Under the pieces are notes generated by a model. It searched no databases and was not told the origin of the DNA. It worked only from the letters and a program-made list of their open reading frames with translations. From the NCBI GenBank assembly GCA_963781585.1, contig CAWAGQ010000004.1, positions 480,001-544,000 on the forward strand: a DNA stretch of 64,000 nucleotides. The letters run 5' to 3'. This document shows, piece by piece, positions 43,238 through 52,587 of this stretch. The position numbers and the translations under genes are program-made. How positions within the stretch are numbered: the first letter of the stretch is position 1; each line of letters opens with the position of its first letter. The stretch is from an uncultured Gemmatimonadaceae bacterium. GTDB taxonomy: Bacteria > Gemmatimonadota > Gemmatimonadetes > Gemmatimonadales > Gemmatimonadaceae.

Positions 43238-44213
43238 GCGGTGGCGGCTCCTCCTCGTCCCGGGGCTCCTGGAACCTCTGCTCGCTGCGCACGCCTGGGC
43301 ACAACAAGACGCCTCTGCCGAGGGCGCGATTCAGTTGTTGCGACCGATCGGCGCGCGCGCCGTGGGCGTCGGGCAGGCCGTGGTCGCGCGCCACGACGGA
43401 AGCGAAGCGATCTGGTGGAACCCCTCGGGCCTCGCGTTGATGACGTCGCGCGAAGTCGCGATCCACCATTCGCAGGATTTCTTCGCGACCGGTGACGCCA
43501 TCTCCATCGTCGTCCCCTCGTCCCTCCTCGGCGTCGTCGCCGTCTCCGCGGATATCGAAGACTTCGGTGAGCAGGAGAACACCACCGGTCCGGGAGGGCA
43601 GTCCCAGGGAACCATCCTGCCGCGCTCCTTCGTCTTCTCCGCGGCGTATGCCACACCGATTGGCGCCCGGGTGCGCTCCGGTGTGGTTTTCAAGATCGTT
43701 CAACTCCGACTCGATTGTACGGGACCGTGCGACGTCGCGTCCTCGGTGGCGCAGACCTACGCGTTGGACGCTGGAGTACAGTACGATATTGCGGCAGGCG
43801 ATCGTCTCACGCTCGGCGCGAGCGTTCGCAACCTCGGACTCCCGCTCCAGGTAGTAGACAGTCCGCAAGCCGACCCTCTCCCGTCGCGCGTGCAGATCGG
43901 ATTCATGTATCGACCACCGATGCCGGAACAATACGCCAGGGACGTTGATGTTACCCTGAGCGCGGACCTCTTGAGCGGCTTGCACGGCCAGCAGGCGACT
44001 CCGCGAATGGGAGCGGAGTTCGGTTGGCAGAAGCGGGGCTTCGCTCGAGCCGGCTACGTATTCCGGCGCGGGGGGACTGAGACCGGCGGCCCGTCACTCG
44101 GCCTGGGACTGGTCTCGAAGAACATCATCGTCGATATCTCCCGCGTTTTCACAGGTTTCTCGGCAGATGCGGGGCAGGCACCCACGTACCTGTCTCTCCG
44201 TGTGGAATTCTGA
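43218..44213 (+). CDS. PorV/PorQ-family outer-membrane beta-barrel protein
   Basis: Signal peptide, PIGARAVGVG.A...AIWWNPSGLA, ALDAG, GASVRNLG, LP..V.IG, RAGY, C-terminal Phe. Confidence 0.75.
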   Translation: MKRRRSRRWRLLLVPGLLEPLLAAHAWAQQDASAEGAIQLLRPIGARAVGVGQAVVARHDGSEAIWWNPSGLALMTSREVAIHHSQDFFATGDAISIVVPSSLLGVVAVSADIEDFGEQENTTGPGGQSQGTILPRSFVFSAAYATPIGARVRSGVVFKIVQLRLDCTGPCDVASSVAQTYALDAGVQYDIAAGDRLTLGASVRNLGLPLQVVDSPQADPLPSRVQIGFMYRPPMPEQYARDVDVTLSADLLSGLHGQQATPRMGAEFGWQKRGFARAGYVFRRGGTETGGPSLGLGLVSKNIIVDISRVFTGFSADAGQAPTYLSLRVEF

Positions 44214-45138
44214 CGCGGCCCGATGCGGGGCAGGGATTCTGCTGTTGGCGATCCTGGCACCAATGGCGCCGGCGCAGCGAGCGGAGCGACGCGGGTTCGA
44301 TCCAAGGGATGGGCAGGCGGTAGCAGGGTCAATCGGCGCATCAGCACGTGGCAGCTGTGCGCTGGTCATCCGCGCCGAGTGTCCGGCTCCAGACGGCACG
44401 GAAGGAACACGGCTGCAATCGGTCGGCGGACCCGGCAGGTCTGCGCCAGCGTCAGCGTGGTCCATCGCGGCGTCGTCCGTGGTGCCTGGTGCGGGTCAGG
44501 CCATACTCCGTGCGGACCGTTTCGTACCGTATCTCGCGTTCGAGGCGTATTCCTGGCTCCAATACGTGTCGCATTCCAAGGCATCGCGCCGGCAACGCGA
44601 CGCGTATCGGAATCTCGCCGCCCGCGTAGCACGGTCTCCGTTCTCGATCACGGTGCCGGTGGGGAATTTTGACTACTACGAGCGGATGGAGCACTTCACC
44701 GAGAGCGGCCGGCTCGAGATCGTCGCCGGCGGTGTGATCGACCCGGAAACGGACACCACGACATACAACGGCTCGGTCTGGCTTCTGGCGCGGAGAACGT
44801 ATTGGTCTGACCTCGATGCTCCGCCCGATACGTCTTCCCAGGCATGGAAATCGGCGATCGGATTCTATCTGCACCGAGCATACGATCAGCCGTACCAGTG
44901 GTCCTGGCGAGATTCCCCCTACGAGTACGACGAGTACCGGCGACTCATTGAGCGCAGCAACGACTCCAACCGCAAGGCGCTCCAGGATCTCGGCGCGGTC
45001 CTGGCGAACCACGTGCTCAGCACCGTGGATGCGTACGTCACGGTGCGGTTACGTCGACGGTCGGATCAGCTGTCGAGCGGGTGGGGAATCGATGGCTCGA
45101 TCCCGATTTCAACCGTCGCCAGGATCTTCCGCAGATAG
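44200..45138 (+). CDS. Hypothetical exported/membrane protein (DUF5683-like)
   Basis: Signal-like N-terminus, S.VVPGAGQ motif, NH..S.VDAYV near the C-terminus. Start uncertain. Confidence 0.6.
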   Translation: MWNSDAARCGAGILLLAILAPMAPAQRAERRGFDPRDGQAVAGSIGASARGSCALVIRAECPAPDGTEGTRLQSVGGPGRSAPASAWSIAASSVVPGAGQAILRADRFVPYLAFEAYSWLQYVSHSKASRRQRDAYRNLAARVARSPFSITVPVGNFDYYERMEHFTESGRLEIVAGGVIDPETDTTTYNGSVWLLARRTYWSDLDAPPDTSSQAWKSAIGFYLHRAYDQPYQWSWRDSPYEYDEYRRLIERSNDSNRKALQDLGAVLANHVLSTVDAYVTVRLRRRSDQLSSGWGIDGSIPISTVARIFRR

Positions 45139-45146
45139 GTCGTGGC

Positions 45147-45285
45147 GTGGGCCCCAGTCCTCCCTTTTCAAGCGAGTCACGACCTTGAGCGGAGGCTGCT
45201 CCGGGCCGACCCGGGGGTCCCGAACCAGTCCTGTCACGCGGACACGCCGGCAATCGTCGTAATAGCTGGCATCCCTGGGGTCCAC
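45147..45285 (+). ncRNA. Candidate structured RNA (closing helix plus four hairpins); family not recognised
   Basis: GTGGGCCCCAG/CTGGGGTCCAC closing stem enclosing CCTCC..TCAAG/CTTGA..GGAGG, CGGG/CCCG, TGTC/GACA and GCCGGC/GCTGGC. Confidence 0.4.
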
Positions 45286-45352
45286 TCCGGACCCGCCGCG
45301 CGGGCGACCAGCGCGCTATCATTGTGACGTGTAAGGACTTGAGGGCAGTCGC

Positions 45353-46348
45353 GTGGCCCCGTCGCAGGCGCTTCTCTTTACCTCCTCCGGGGCTCCACTG
45401 CCGCCGGCGGTCAACGCCTGGTTGGCGTCGGCCGGACTGACCACGGCTGTAGTGCGCGACGCGTCCGACCTGATGGCGATAGCATTGCGCGGGCGACCGC
45501 GTCTGGTGCTCCTTGATGCCAGGGACCAGAGCATGGAAGCGATTGCCGCTTGTCGTCGCCTCAAGGCCGATTCCTATACCGGAGTCGTGCCGGCTCTCGT
45601 GCTGTGCGCCCCCACGCCCGAATCGCTCGACAACTGTTTCACGTCGGATGCCGACGAAGTTCTCCATCTCGCCATGTCGGACGCCGAGCTGTGCCAACGG
45701 CTCGCGACCGCCCTGCGCCGCTCCGACCGCGACGTTTCGGTCCACCCCTCCACGCGCCTCCCCGGCACGTTCGGCATCGAAGCCGAACTCACCCGGCGAA
45801 TCGCCGCCCAGGATACGTTTGCGGTGTGCTACGCGGACCTGGATCACTTCAAGGAGTACAACGATCGGTACAGTTACAACGACGGCGATCGCGTCATTCG
45901 GGTGGTCGCGAAAATCCTCCACGACGTGGTGAAAGGCACGTGCGGTGAGCGCGGTTTCGTGGGGCACATTGGCGGTGACGACTTCATTGTCATCCTCGCG
46001 GCCTCCGATGTCGACGAGGTCTGTTCCGAGGTCGTGTCTGTTTTCGATCTGATCGTGCCGTACCAGTACTCGGAGCCCGATCGTCGCGCCGGCTACTTCT
46101 TCGGGAAGGACCGGCGGGGACAACTCCATCGCGTACCCCTGATGACGCTCTCGATTGGCGTAGTCACCAACGAGCGGCGGGCTTTCACATCAGCGGCGCA
46201 GGTCAGCGAACTTGCCACCGAAATGAAGGGATACGCCAAGACGTTGCCAGGATCGGTATACTCAGTGGATCGCCGGCAGGAACACCTGGCATCGCTGGAG
46301 CCCACTCCCGTGCGCGAGCACGACGCCCTCAGCATCATAGAGGACTGA
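45353..46348 (+). CDS. Degenerate receiver domain plus GGDEF diguanylate cyclase
   Basis: PRLVLLD, HPSTRLPG, YADLDHFKEYNDRYSY..GD, GHIGGDDF, TLSIGV, MKGYAK. Confidence 0.88.
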   Translation: MAPSQALLFTSSGAPLPPAVNAWLASAGLTTAVVRDASDLMAIALRGRPRLVLLDARDQSMEAIAACRRLKADSYTGVVPALVLCAPTPESLDNCFTSDADEVLHLAMSDAELCQRLATALRRSDRDVSVHPSTRLPGTFGIEAELTRRIAAQDTFAVCYADLDHFKEYNDRYSYNDGDRVIRVVAKILHDVVKGTCGERGFVGHIGGDDFIVILAASDVDEVCSEVVSVFDLIVPYQYSEPDRRAGYFFGKDRRGQLHRVPLMTLSIGVVTNERRAFTSAAQVSELATEMKGYAKTLPGSVYSVDRRQEHLASLEPTPVREHDALSIIED

Positions 46349-47208
46349 TGAACGTTTCGTGTCCCGAGTGCCGTTCGGTCTTCCGACTCGATCCGGCAAG
46401 GATAACCAGCGTCAGCGTGCGCGCACGCTGCTCGGTCTGCGGTGGGATCATCGCCGTTGGCGAAAGCGTGCGCTGGGGAGATGATCTCGGGGACCCGCGG
46501 CGACCGGACACGAGGCCCTCGCCCGGGGCGGAACCGCCACAGGTCGCGAGGCCGGTCCTGGCAGGTGACCGTGGTCAGCCTGCCGATTCGATCAGCCCAC
46601 CCACCGTCGCGTCGCGGCCGCGCACGCCGCCGTTTTCGACTCCGGTTTCGGTACCTGTGCTCCGTATGACGCCTCCTGAATCGGAGCGCACAACGGCGAC
46701 GCGTCCCGGTGTGGCACCGATTGGTGCGCCGCCGGTTGAGCCTCGGACTATCGAGCCCCGCATTGCCTCGCCGGCATTCGGGGCGCCTTTTGCGGCTCCG
46801 CCGCGAGTTGGCGCGGCCACGCCTTTGGGCGTGCCAGCGGTGCCGGACGTTGAGCCATTGCCGTTGACCACGCACACGCGCAACGCGACACCAGCTCCCA
46901 TCGCCTCCGCGGTGACGACGGCAGCGGCCCCTTCGCAGCGCCGACCGATCAACCCCTTTCTGGCTAACGATCCGAATCACAAGGCACGCCGCCTGGCGCG
47001 TGCGCTCGTCTCGGACATGGTGGCGTACAATCCATCGAAGCGCGAGGAAGGGCTTCGCGCCGGAACCCTGAAGCAGCTCTTTCGCGAAGAGATCAAGAAG
47101 AGCTACGAGGAGTACGTGGAGCAGGTGGGCCGCGAGTTTGCGGACACCTCAACGCACTTCCAGGACGCCCTCAATGATGTCCTGGCCGGAGGCCGGCGGA
47201 TATTCTGA
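46348..47208 (+). CDS. Zinc-ribbon (MJ0042-type) protein with Pro-rich linker and helical C-terminal domain
   Basis: MNVSCPECRSVFRLD...RCSVC; Pro/Ala-rich middle; ARRLARALVSDM..YN...EIKKS.EEY C-terminus. Confidence 0.8.
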   Translation: MNVSCPECRSVFRLDPARITSVSVRARCSVCGGIIAVGESVRWGDDLGDPRRPDTRPSPGAEPPQVARPVLAGDRGQPADSISPPTVASRPRTPPFSTPVSVPVLRMTPPESERTTATRPGVAPIGAPPVEPRTIEPRIASPAFGAPFAAPPRVGAATPLGVPAVPDVEPLPLTTHTRNATPAPIASAVTTAAAPSQRRPINPFLANDPNHKARRLARALVSDMVAYNPSKREEGLRAGTLKQLFREEIKKSYEEYVEQVGREFADTSTHFQDALNDVLAGGRRIF

Positions 47209-47321
47209 CCACGGGGTAGATGCGCGCTTCTGTCTCCGCTATACTTGCTCGGAAGCCAGAGGGTCACTCGAGCCGTTCTCCACGCCGGGGGCGGCTCGCC
47301 GCATATCAGGGAGCGTACCGA

Positions 47322-48441
47322 ATGGCGGATTCGGAGCGGGCACGCGCGTTGCACGCCTATCACGAGCGGCTCGAGGAGCTCAGGAGGTACCTTTGACCTG
47401 CCCGCCAAGCGGGCAGAGTTGGGGGACCTCGAGACGCGCATGTCGGACGGCGCGTTCTGGACGGATCAGGACACCGCGCGCGCCGTCGTGCAACGGGTCA
47501 AGGAGCTGAAGGGCTGGATTGATCCGTTCGAGAAGCTCAGCGATCGCGTGGCCAGCGCGCAGGAGATGGACGGGCTGCTCGATGCCGAGCCCGATGCCGA
47601 GCTGGGAGTGGAACTCGATCGCGAGGCCCAAGCCCTCGAGGGAGAGGTGCGGGGGTTCGAGCTCCGGTCCATGTTGCGCGGCGCGGACGACTGGCGGAAC
47701 GCGCAACTGGAGATCAGCGCGGGAGCGGGCGGCACCGAGGCGATGGACTGGGCGGAAATGCTCATGCGGATGTACAGCCGGTGGGCGGAACGCCACGGTT
47801 GTTCGGTCAACATCCTCGACCTGAGCGAGGGCGAAGAGGCGGGGATCAAGGGGGCGGTGCTTGAAATCCGCGGGCAGCACGCCTACGGCTTTCTGCGTGC
47901 CGAGACCGGCGTCCACCGGCTCGTCCGCATCTCCCCGTTCGATTCCAACGCCCGGCGTCACACCTCGTTCGCCTCGGTATTCGTGTATCCGGTCGTCGAC
48001 GAACAGATAAACATCGAGATTCGCGACGAAGACATCCGGATGGATGTCTTCCGTGCCAGCGGGGCCGGCGGGCAGCACGTCAACAAGACGAGTTCCGCGG
48101 TGCGACTCACGCATCTGCCGTCCGGCATCGTGGTGTCGTGTCAGCAGGAGCGGTCGCAATTCAAGAACAAGGCGGTGGCGATGCAGATGCTCAAGAACCG
48201 CCTCTATCAGCGAGAGATCGAGAAGCGCGCCGCCAAGAAGGCGGCGCTCGATGCGACCAAGGCCGAGGTGACCTTCGGAAGTCAGATCCGCAGTTACGTC
48301 TTCCAGCCGTACACGATGGTGAACGACCACCGGACCGAGCTCAAGATCCCTGACGTGCAGCGCGTCATGGACGGCGACATCGATCCGTTTATCGAGGCGT
48401 ACCTCAAGAAGTACGGAAAGGACGAGGACGCGGCCGCGTGA
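47322..48441 (+). CDS. prfB: Peptide chain release factor 2 with +1 programmed frameshift
   Basis: ATG 47322 MADSERARALHAYHERLEELRRYL; AGGAGG-TAC-CTT-TGA-C at 47382-47397; continues DLPAK...GAGGTEAMDW, ISPFD, GAGGQHVN. Confidence 0.96.
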
Positions 48442-49973
48442 GCGACGATCTCAACTTTGTACTCCGGGCGCGGCGCGACAAGCTCGCGGCCCTCGAAGCC
48501 CTGGGCGTCGCGCCGTTCGCCTACCATTTCGACCCCACGCACGACGCGGCGGCTGCGCTGCGGGCACTTCCTCCGGCGGACTCGGACGGGCCCGAGGTGC
48601 GTGTCGCGGGTCGGATTGTCGCGTGGCGGCCACACGGCAAGACGATCTTTGCGCACGTGGCGGATCAATGGTCGCGAATCCAGCTGTACTTCCGGCGCGA
48701 TGAGTTGGGCGACCGGGCGTTCCAGCTGCTCGACCTGCTCGACATCGGCGACGTGATCGGTGTGGGCGGTCGGCTCTTTCGTACCAGGACCGGAGAGACA
48801 ACGATCCGGGTGGCGGACGTCACTCTGCTCGCCAAGTCCTTGCGCCCACTTCCGTATGGCAAGGAAGAGGTGCTCGACGGCACCGTGGTGCGTCATTCCG
48901 GATTCGCCGATCCCGAGCAGCGCTACCGGCAACGTTACGCGGACCTGGCCGTGCACGCGGAAGTGCGGCGCGGGTTTGTCGCCCGCTCGCGCATGGTCAC
49001 CTCGATCCGCCGGGCCCTCGACGAGTTGGGGTACCTCGAGGTCGAGACACCGGTCCTCCAGGTGCAGTACGGCGGCGCGGCGGCACGGCCCTTTCTCACG
49101 CACCATCACGCCCTGGACATGCCGCTCTACCTGCGCATCGCCGATGAGCTCTATCTGAAGCGACTCGTCGTCGGCGGGCTCGATCGGGTGTATGAGATCG
49201 GGCATGATTTCCGGAACGAGGGCATCGATCGCACGCACTCGCCGGAATTCACCATGCTGGAGTTCTATGAAGCGTATGCGGACTACCAGGTGATGATGCG
49301 GCGGGTGGAGCACTTGCTGACGCAGGCGGCCGACGCAGTGCGCGCGGTCCTGACGCCGGATTCCATCCCGGCGGAGGAGCGGCTGCTGCTGCCTGAGGAT
49401 ACCTTCGTCCCGGTCCCCACGCTCGCGCCGCCGTTCCCCCGGCAGGAATGGGTGCCATCGCTGAACGCGGCCGCGGGGATGGATGTCATGGCACTCGACG
49501 ACCCGTCGCTGCGTACGCTCGCCACCCGGATCGGCGTGCACAAGGTCGAGAGCCTGAGCCGGCCCAAGCTGCTCGATGAGATCTTTCAGGCGCTCGTGGA
49601 GTCAACCCTGGAGTCGCCGACGTTCATCGTGGACTACCCCATGGAGTTGTCCCCACTTGCCAAACCGAAGCGCGGGAATCCCGCGCTGACCGAGCGCTTC
49701 GAGCTGTTCGCGAGCGGGAGCGAGCTGGCCAACGCCTTCAGCGAACTCAACGATCCCATGGACCAGCGCCGACGGCTCGAGGAGCAGGCACGCCAGCGGG
49801 CTGCGGGAGACCTGGAGGCGGTCGTGGTAGACGACGACTATCTGCGAGCCATGGAATATGGCATGCCGCCGATGGGGGGGGTGGGGATAGGAATCGACCG
49901 GCTCTTCATGTACCTCACTGGAACGCCGAACATTCGCGATGTCGTCCTGTTCCCTACCATGCGGCCTGAATAA
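48438..49973 (+). CDS. lysS: Lysyl-tRNA synthetase (class II)
   Basis: VAGRI, RYRQRYADL, EVETP, YGGAAARPF, YLRIADELYLKR, FRNEG, HSPEF, ERFELF, YGMPPMGG.GIGIDR. Confidence 0.97.
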   Translation: MSDDLNFVLRARRDKLAALEALGVAPFAYHFDPTHDAAAALRALPPADSDGPEVRVAGRIVAWRPHGKTIFAHVADQWSRIQLYFRRDELGDRAFQLLDLLDIGDVIGVGGRLFRTRTGETTIRVADVTLLAKSLRPLPYGKEEVLDGTVVRHSGFADPEQRYRQRYADLAVHAEVRRGFVARSRMVTSIRRALDELGYLEVETPVLQVQYGGAAARPFLTHHHALDMPLYLRIADELYLKRLVVGGLDRVYEIGHDFRNEGIDRTHSPEFTMLEFYEAYADYQVMMRRVEHLLTQAADAVRAVLTPDSIPAEERLLLPEDTFVPVPTLAPPFPRQEWVPSLNAAAGMDVMALDDPSLRTLATRIGVHKVESLSRPKLLDEIFQALVESTLESPTFIVDYPMELSPLAKPKRGNPALTERFELFASGSELANAFSELNDPMDQRRRLEEQARQRAAGDLEAVVVDDDYLRAMEYGMPPMGGVGIGIDRLFMYLTGTPNIRDVVLFPTMRPE

Positions 49974-51223
49974 TGAAGTCCATCGAGTTCGCAATCGCCT
50001 GGCGCTACCTGCGTAGCCGGCGTCGTTCCCGCTTGCTGTCTTTCATCAGCATGATCGCAATTGGTGGCGTGATCGTGGGAGTCAGTGCGCTGGTGGTGGT
50101 GATGGGCGTGATGAACGGTCTCCAGCGTGACCTTCGCGAGAAGATCCTGGTGGGGAGCCCGGACATCCGGGTGCTGCCCTACGGCAACGACCTTTCCATC
50201 GCCAACTGGCGACCGTTGCTCGCCAAGGTGCGGTCTGCGCACGACGTGGTGGCGGCGGCACCGTTCGTCCTCACGAAGGGGCTGATCAGCGCGGGCTACG
50301 AGTATATCGACGGCGTGCAGATTGCCGGGATCGAGCCTCAGGCTCGCGGTGTCCAGGAGCCGATGCCCATCCGGGAGTACGCGATTCAGGGCGACTTCCG
50401 GTTCGCGAGCTCCGACGGTGAGCAGCGTGGCGTGGTGCTGGGGAAACTGCTCGCGCGCAAGCTCGACGTGCAGCCCGGAGACACCGTCATTCTGTTCACG
50501 TTGGGAGGCACGAAGATCAGCGCGTCCCTGGGTACGCTGGTCCCGCGCCCGCTCCGGTTCGAGGTGACCGGGGTGTTCGAGACAGGCATGTACGAATACG
50601 ATGACGCGTACCTGTACATGTCGCTGGCGACCGCGCAGCAAGTCAGCGCGATGGACTCGGCAGTGACGGGGATCGACATCAAGACCCGGGATCGTTGGGT
50701 AGCGCGGCAGGTCTCCGAACAGCTGGTCGATTCCCTCGGGTTCGCGTACCGCGCGGTGGACTGGCAGGAACAGAACAGCTCGCTGTTTCAGGCGCTGAAG
50801 CTGGAGAAACTCGGCATGGGCGTGATTCTGCTCCTGATTGTGGTGGTTGCGGCCTTCAACATCATCAGCAATCTGACCATGGTCGTGGCCGACAAGACCC
50901 GGGAGATCGGGATACTGAAGGCGATGGGAATGACCGCGCGATCGATCAGGAGGATCTTCTTCACACAGGGCCTGGTCATCGGCATTGCGGGGACGGCGTT
51001 AGGCGTGGTGCTGGGCCTGGTGGTGGCGACGACGATCGGCGCCCGGCAACTCATCCCGCTCAATCCCGAGGTCTACTTCATCGACCACCTTCCCGTGGCG
51101 ACCCAGCCCTTGGATATCGTGGTGACGATCGCGGCGAGCATCGCGATCGCCGCGCTGGCCACCCTGTATCCGGCGCGACAGGCGGCCCGGCTCTATCCGC
51201 TGGAGGCGATTCGACATGAATAG
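49973..51223 (+). CDS. Lipoprotein-releasing ABC permease LolC/E
   Basis: IAWRYLRS, GVSALVVV.GVMNG, DWQEQNSSLF.AL.LEK, AAFNI, KTREIGILKAMG, YFIDHLP, LYPA..AA.L.P.EAIRHE. Confidence 0.93.
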   Translation: MKSIEFAIAWRYLRSRRRSRLLSFISMIAIGGVIVGVSALVVVMGVMNGLQRDLREKILVGSPDIRVLPYGNDLSIANWRPLLAKVRSAHDVVAAAPFVLTKGLISAGYEYIDGVQIAGIEPQARGVQEPMPIREYAIQGDFRFASSDGEQRGVVLGKLLARKLDVQPGDTVILFTLGGTKISASLGTLVPRPLRFEVTGVFETGMYEYDDAYLYMSLATAQQVSAMDSAVTGIDIKTRDRWVARQVSEQLVDSLGFAYRAVDWQEQNSSLFQALKLEKLGMGVILLLIVVVAAFNIISNLTMVVADKTREIGILKAMGMTARSIRRIFFTQGLVIGIAGTALGVVLGLVVATTIGARQLIPLNPEVYFIDHLPVATQPLDIVVTIAASIAIAALATLYPARQAARLYPLEAIRHE

Positions 51224-51398
51224 GCGTCGCATGTTCGGGGTGCGCCGCGTGGACGCGTGCCGTACGCTGGACGCAGGTCGTCCTCTCCTGGAGTGCGGGG
51301 ATCCGGGAGGCGCGCGCCGGGACGTCGGTGGCGTGTGGCGATGCCGTGGTCCGGACGGCACATTGCTCCATAGAGACGTCAGCTGGAGGATGTCCTGA
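51216..51398 (+). CDS. Possible 60-aa ORF filling the lolC/E-lolD gap
   Basis: GGAGG 9 nt upstream of the ATG; overlaps the lolC/E stop, and its TGA overlaps the lolD ATG. No recognisable motif. Confidence 0.3.
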   Translation: MNRRRMFGVRRVDACRTLDAGRPLLECGDPGGARRDVGGVWRCRGPDGTLLHRDVSWRMS

Positions 51399-52096
51399 TG
51401 TCGGTGCTCCACGCATACGACATCGCCAGGTCGTTCCGCGGTGGGGACGGGGGGATTATTCACGTGCTCACGGGCGTCAATCTCGACGTTGCGCGCGGCG
51501 AAATGGTGGCGATCGTGGGCGCGAGCGGTGCGGGCAAGAGCACGCTGTTGCACGTGGTGGGGGCGCTCGATCGCCCGTCACGCGGCGACGTCCTCATCGA
51601 TGGACAGTCGCTGAACAACCGGACTGACGATGAGCTGGCGGCCATCCGGAATCGCAAGGTCGGATTCGTATTCCAGTTTCATCATCTGCTTCGCGAATTC
51701 TCCGCGCTGGAAAACGTGATGATGCCCTTGCGTATCGCGACGGTGGACGAGAGAACGGCACGGAGTCGGGCGCAGGACCTTCTGTCGCGCGTGGGACTGA
51801 GTGGTCGCATGCACCATCGTCCGAACGAATTGTCCGGTGGGGAGCAACAGCGAACGGCGGTGGCGCGGGCGCTGGCGATGGACCCGGCGCTCCTGCTGGC
51901 GGATGAGCCGTCGGGGAATCTGGATCACGCCAACGCCGAGATGCTCCACGGCGTCCTCGCCCAGATCGCCCGCGATCTGGAAATCGCCATGGTGGTGGTG
52001 ACGCACAACCGGTCGCTCGCATCGCGGGCGGATCGGGCGCTCCTGCTCGAGGATGGTGTACTAACAGAGACGGACGTACTGGGAGTGGTCACCTGA
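51398..52096 (+). CDS. lolD: Lipoprotein-releasing ABC ATPase
   Basis: GASGAGKSTLLH, RNRKVGFVFQFHHLL.EFSALEN, LSGGEQQR, LADEPSGNLD, VTHN. Confidence 0.94.
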   Translation: MSVLHAYDIARSFRGGDGGIIHVLTGVNLDVARGEMVAIVGASGAGKSTLLHVVGALDRPSRGDVLIDGQSLNNRTDDELAAIRNRKVGFVFQFHHLLREFSALENVMMPLRIATVDERTARSRAQDLLSRVGLSGRMHHRPNELSGGEQQRTAVARALAMDPALLLADEPSGNLDHANAEMLHGVLAQIARDLEIAMVVVTHNRSLASRADRALLLEDGVLTETDVLGVVT

Positions 52097-52587
52097 TGCT
52101 GTGTGATGATTGCAAGGAACGCGAGGCGTCGGTCACGCTCACCCGGGTGGAGAAGGGCGACGTGTCGTTGTTGCATCTGTGCGCGCAGTGCGCGGCGGAG
52201 CGTGGCTACGAGACGACCGCGACCTCGCCGCTGAAGAACCTGATTGCCGACTATCTGCCGGCGGTGCAGCAGCAGGCCGCGCTCGCGCAGGCCGAAGCCG
52301 TGCAATGCCCGTTTTGCCTCATGACGCTGCGCGACTTCCGGCAAACGGGACGACTCGGATGCGCCAGCTGCTACGCGACCTTCGAGCAGAGTCTGCGCGA
52401 GCTGTTGCGCCGCGTGCACGGGAACGCCAAGCACGTGGGGCGCCGGTACGACCCGCCGCCGTTGCACGTGACCACGGAGGGTTCCACCGCCCTTGGCGAG
52501 CTGCGTGACCGGTTACGCCTGGCCATCCAGAACGAACAGTTCGAGCTGGCCGCCAGCATCCGTGACCAGATCAAGGTGCTGGAATGA
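52096..52587 (+). CDS. mcsA: McsA (UvrB/UvrC-motif Zn protein, McsB activator)
   Basis: CDDC, HLCAQCA, CPFC, GRLGCASCY, H.G, E.FE.AA.IRD.I. Confidence 0.93.
   Translation: MLCDDCKEREASVTLTRVEKGDVSLLHLCAQCAAERGYETTATSPLKNLIADYLPAVQQQAALAQAEAVQCPFCLMTLRDFRQTGRLGCASCYATFEQSLRELLRRVHGNAKHVGRRYDPPPLHVTTEGSTALGELRDRLRLAIQNEQFELAASIRDQIKVLE

Noticed and set aside
45147..45285. c-di-GMP-I/II riboswitch or tmRNA/SRP call for the structured element
   Set aside because: No GGCAAAC/GNRA-receptor pattern, no tRNA-like ends and no SRP GGAAG loop.
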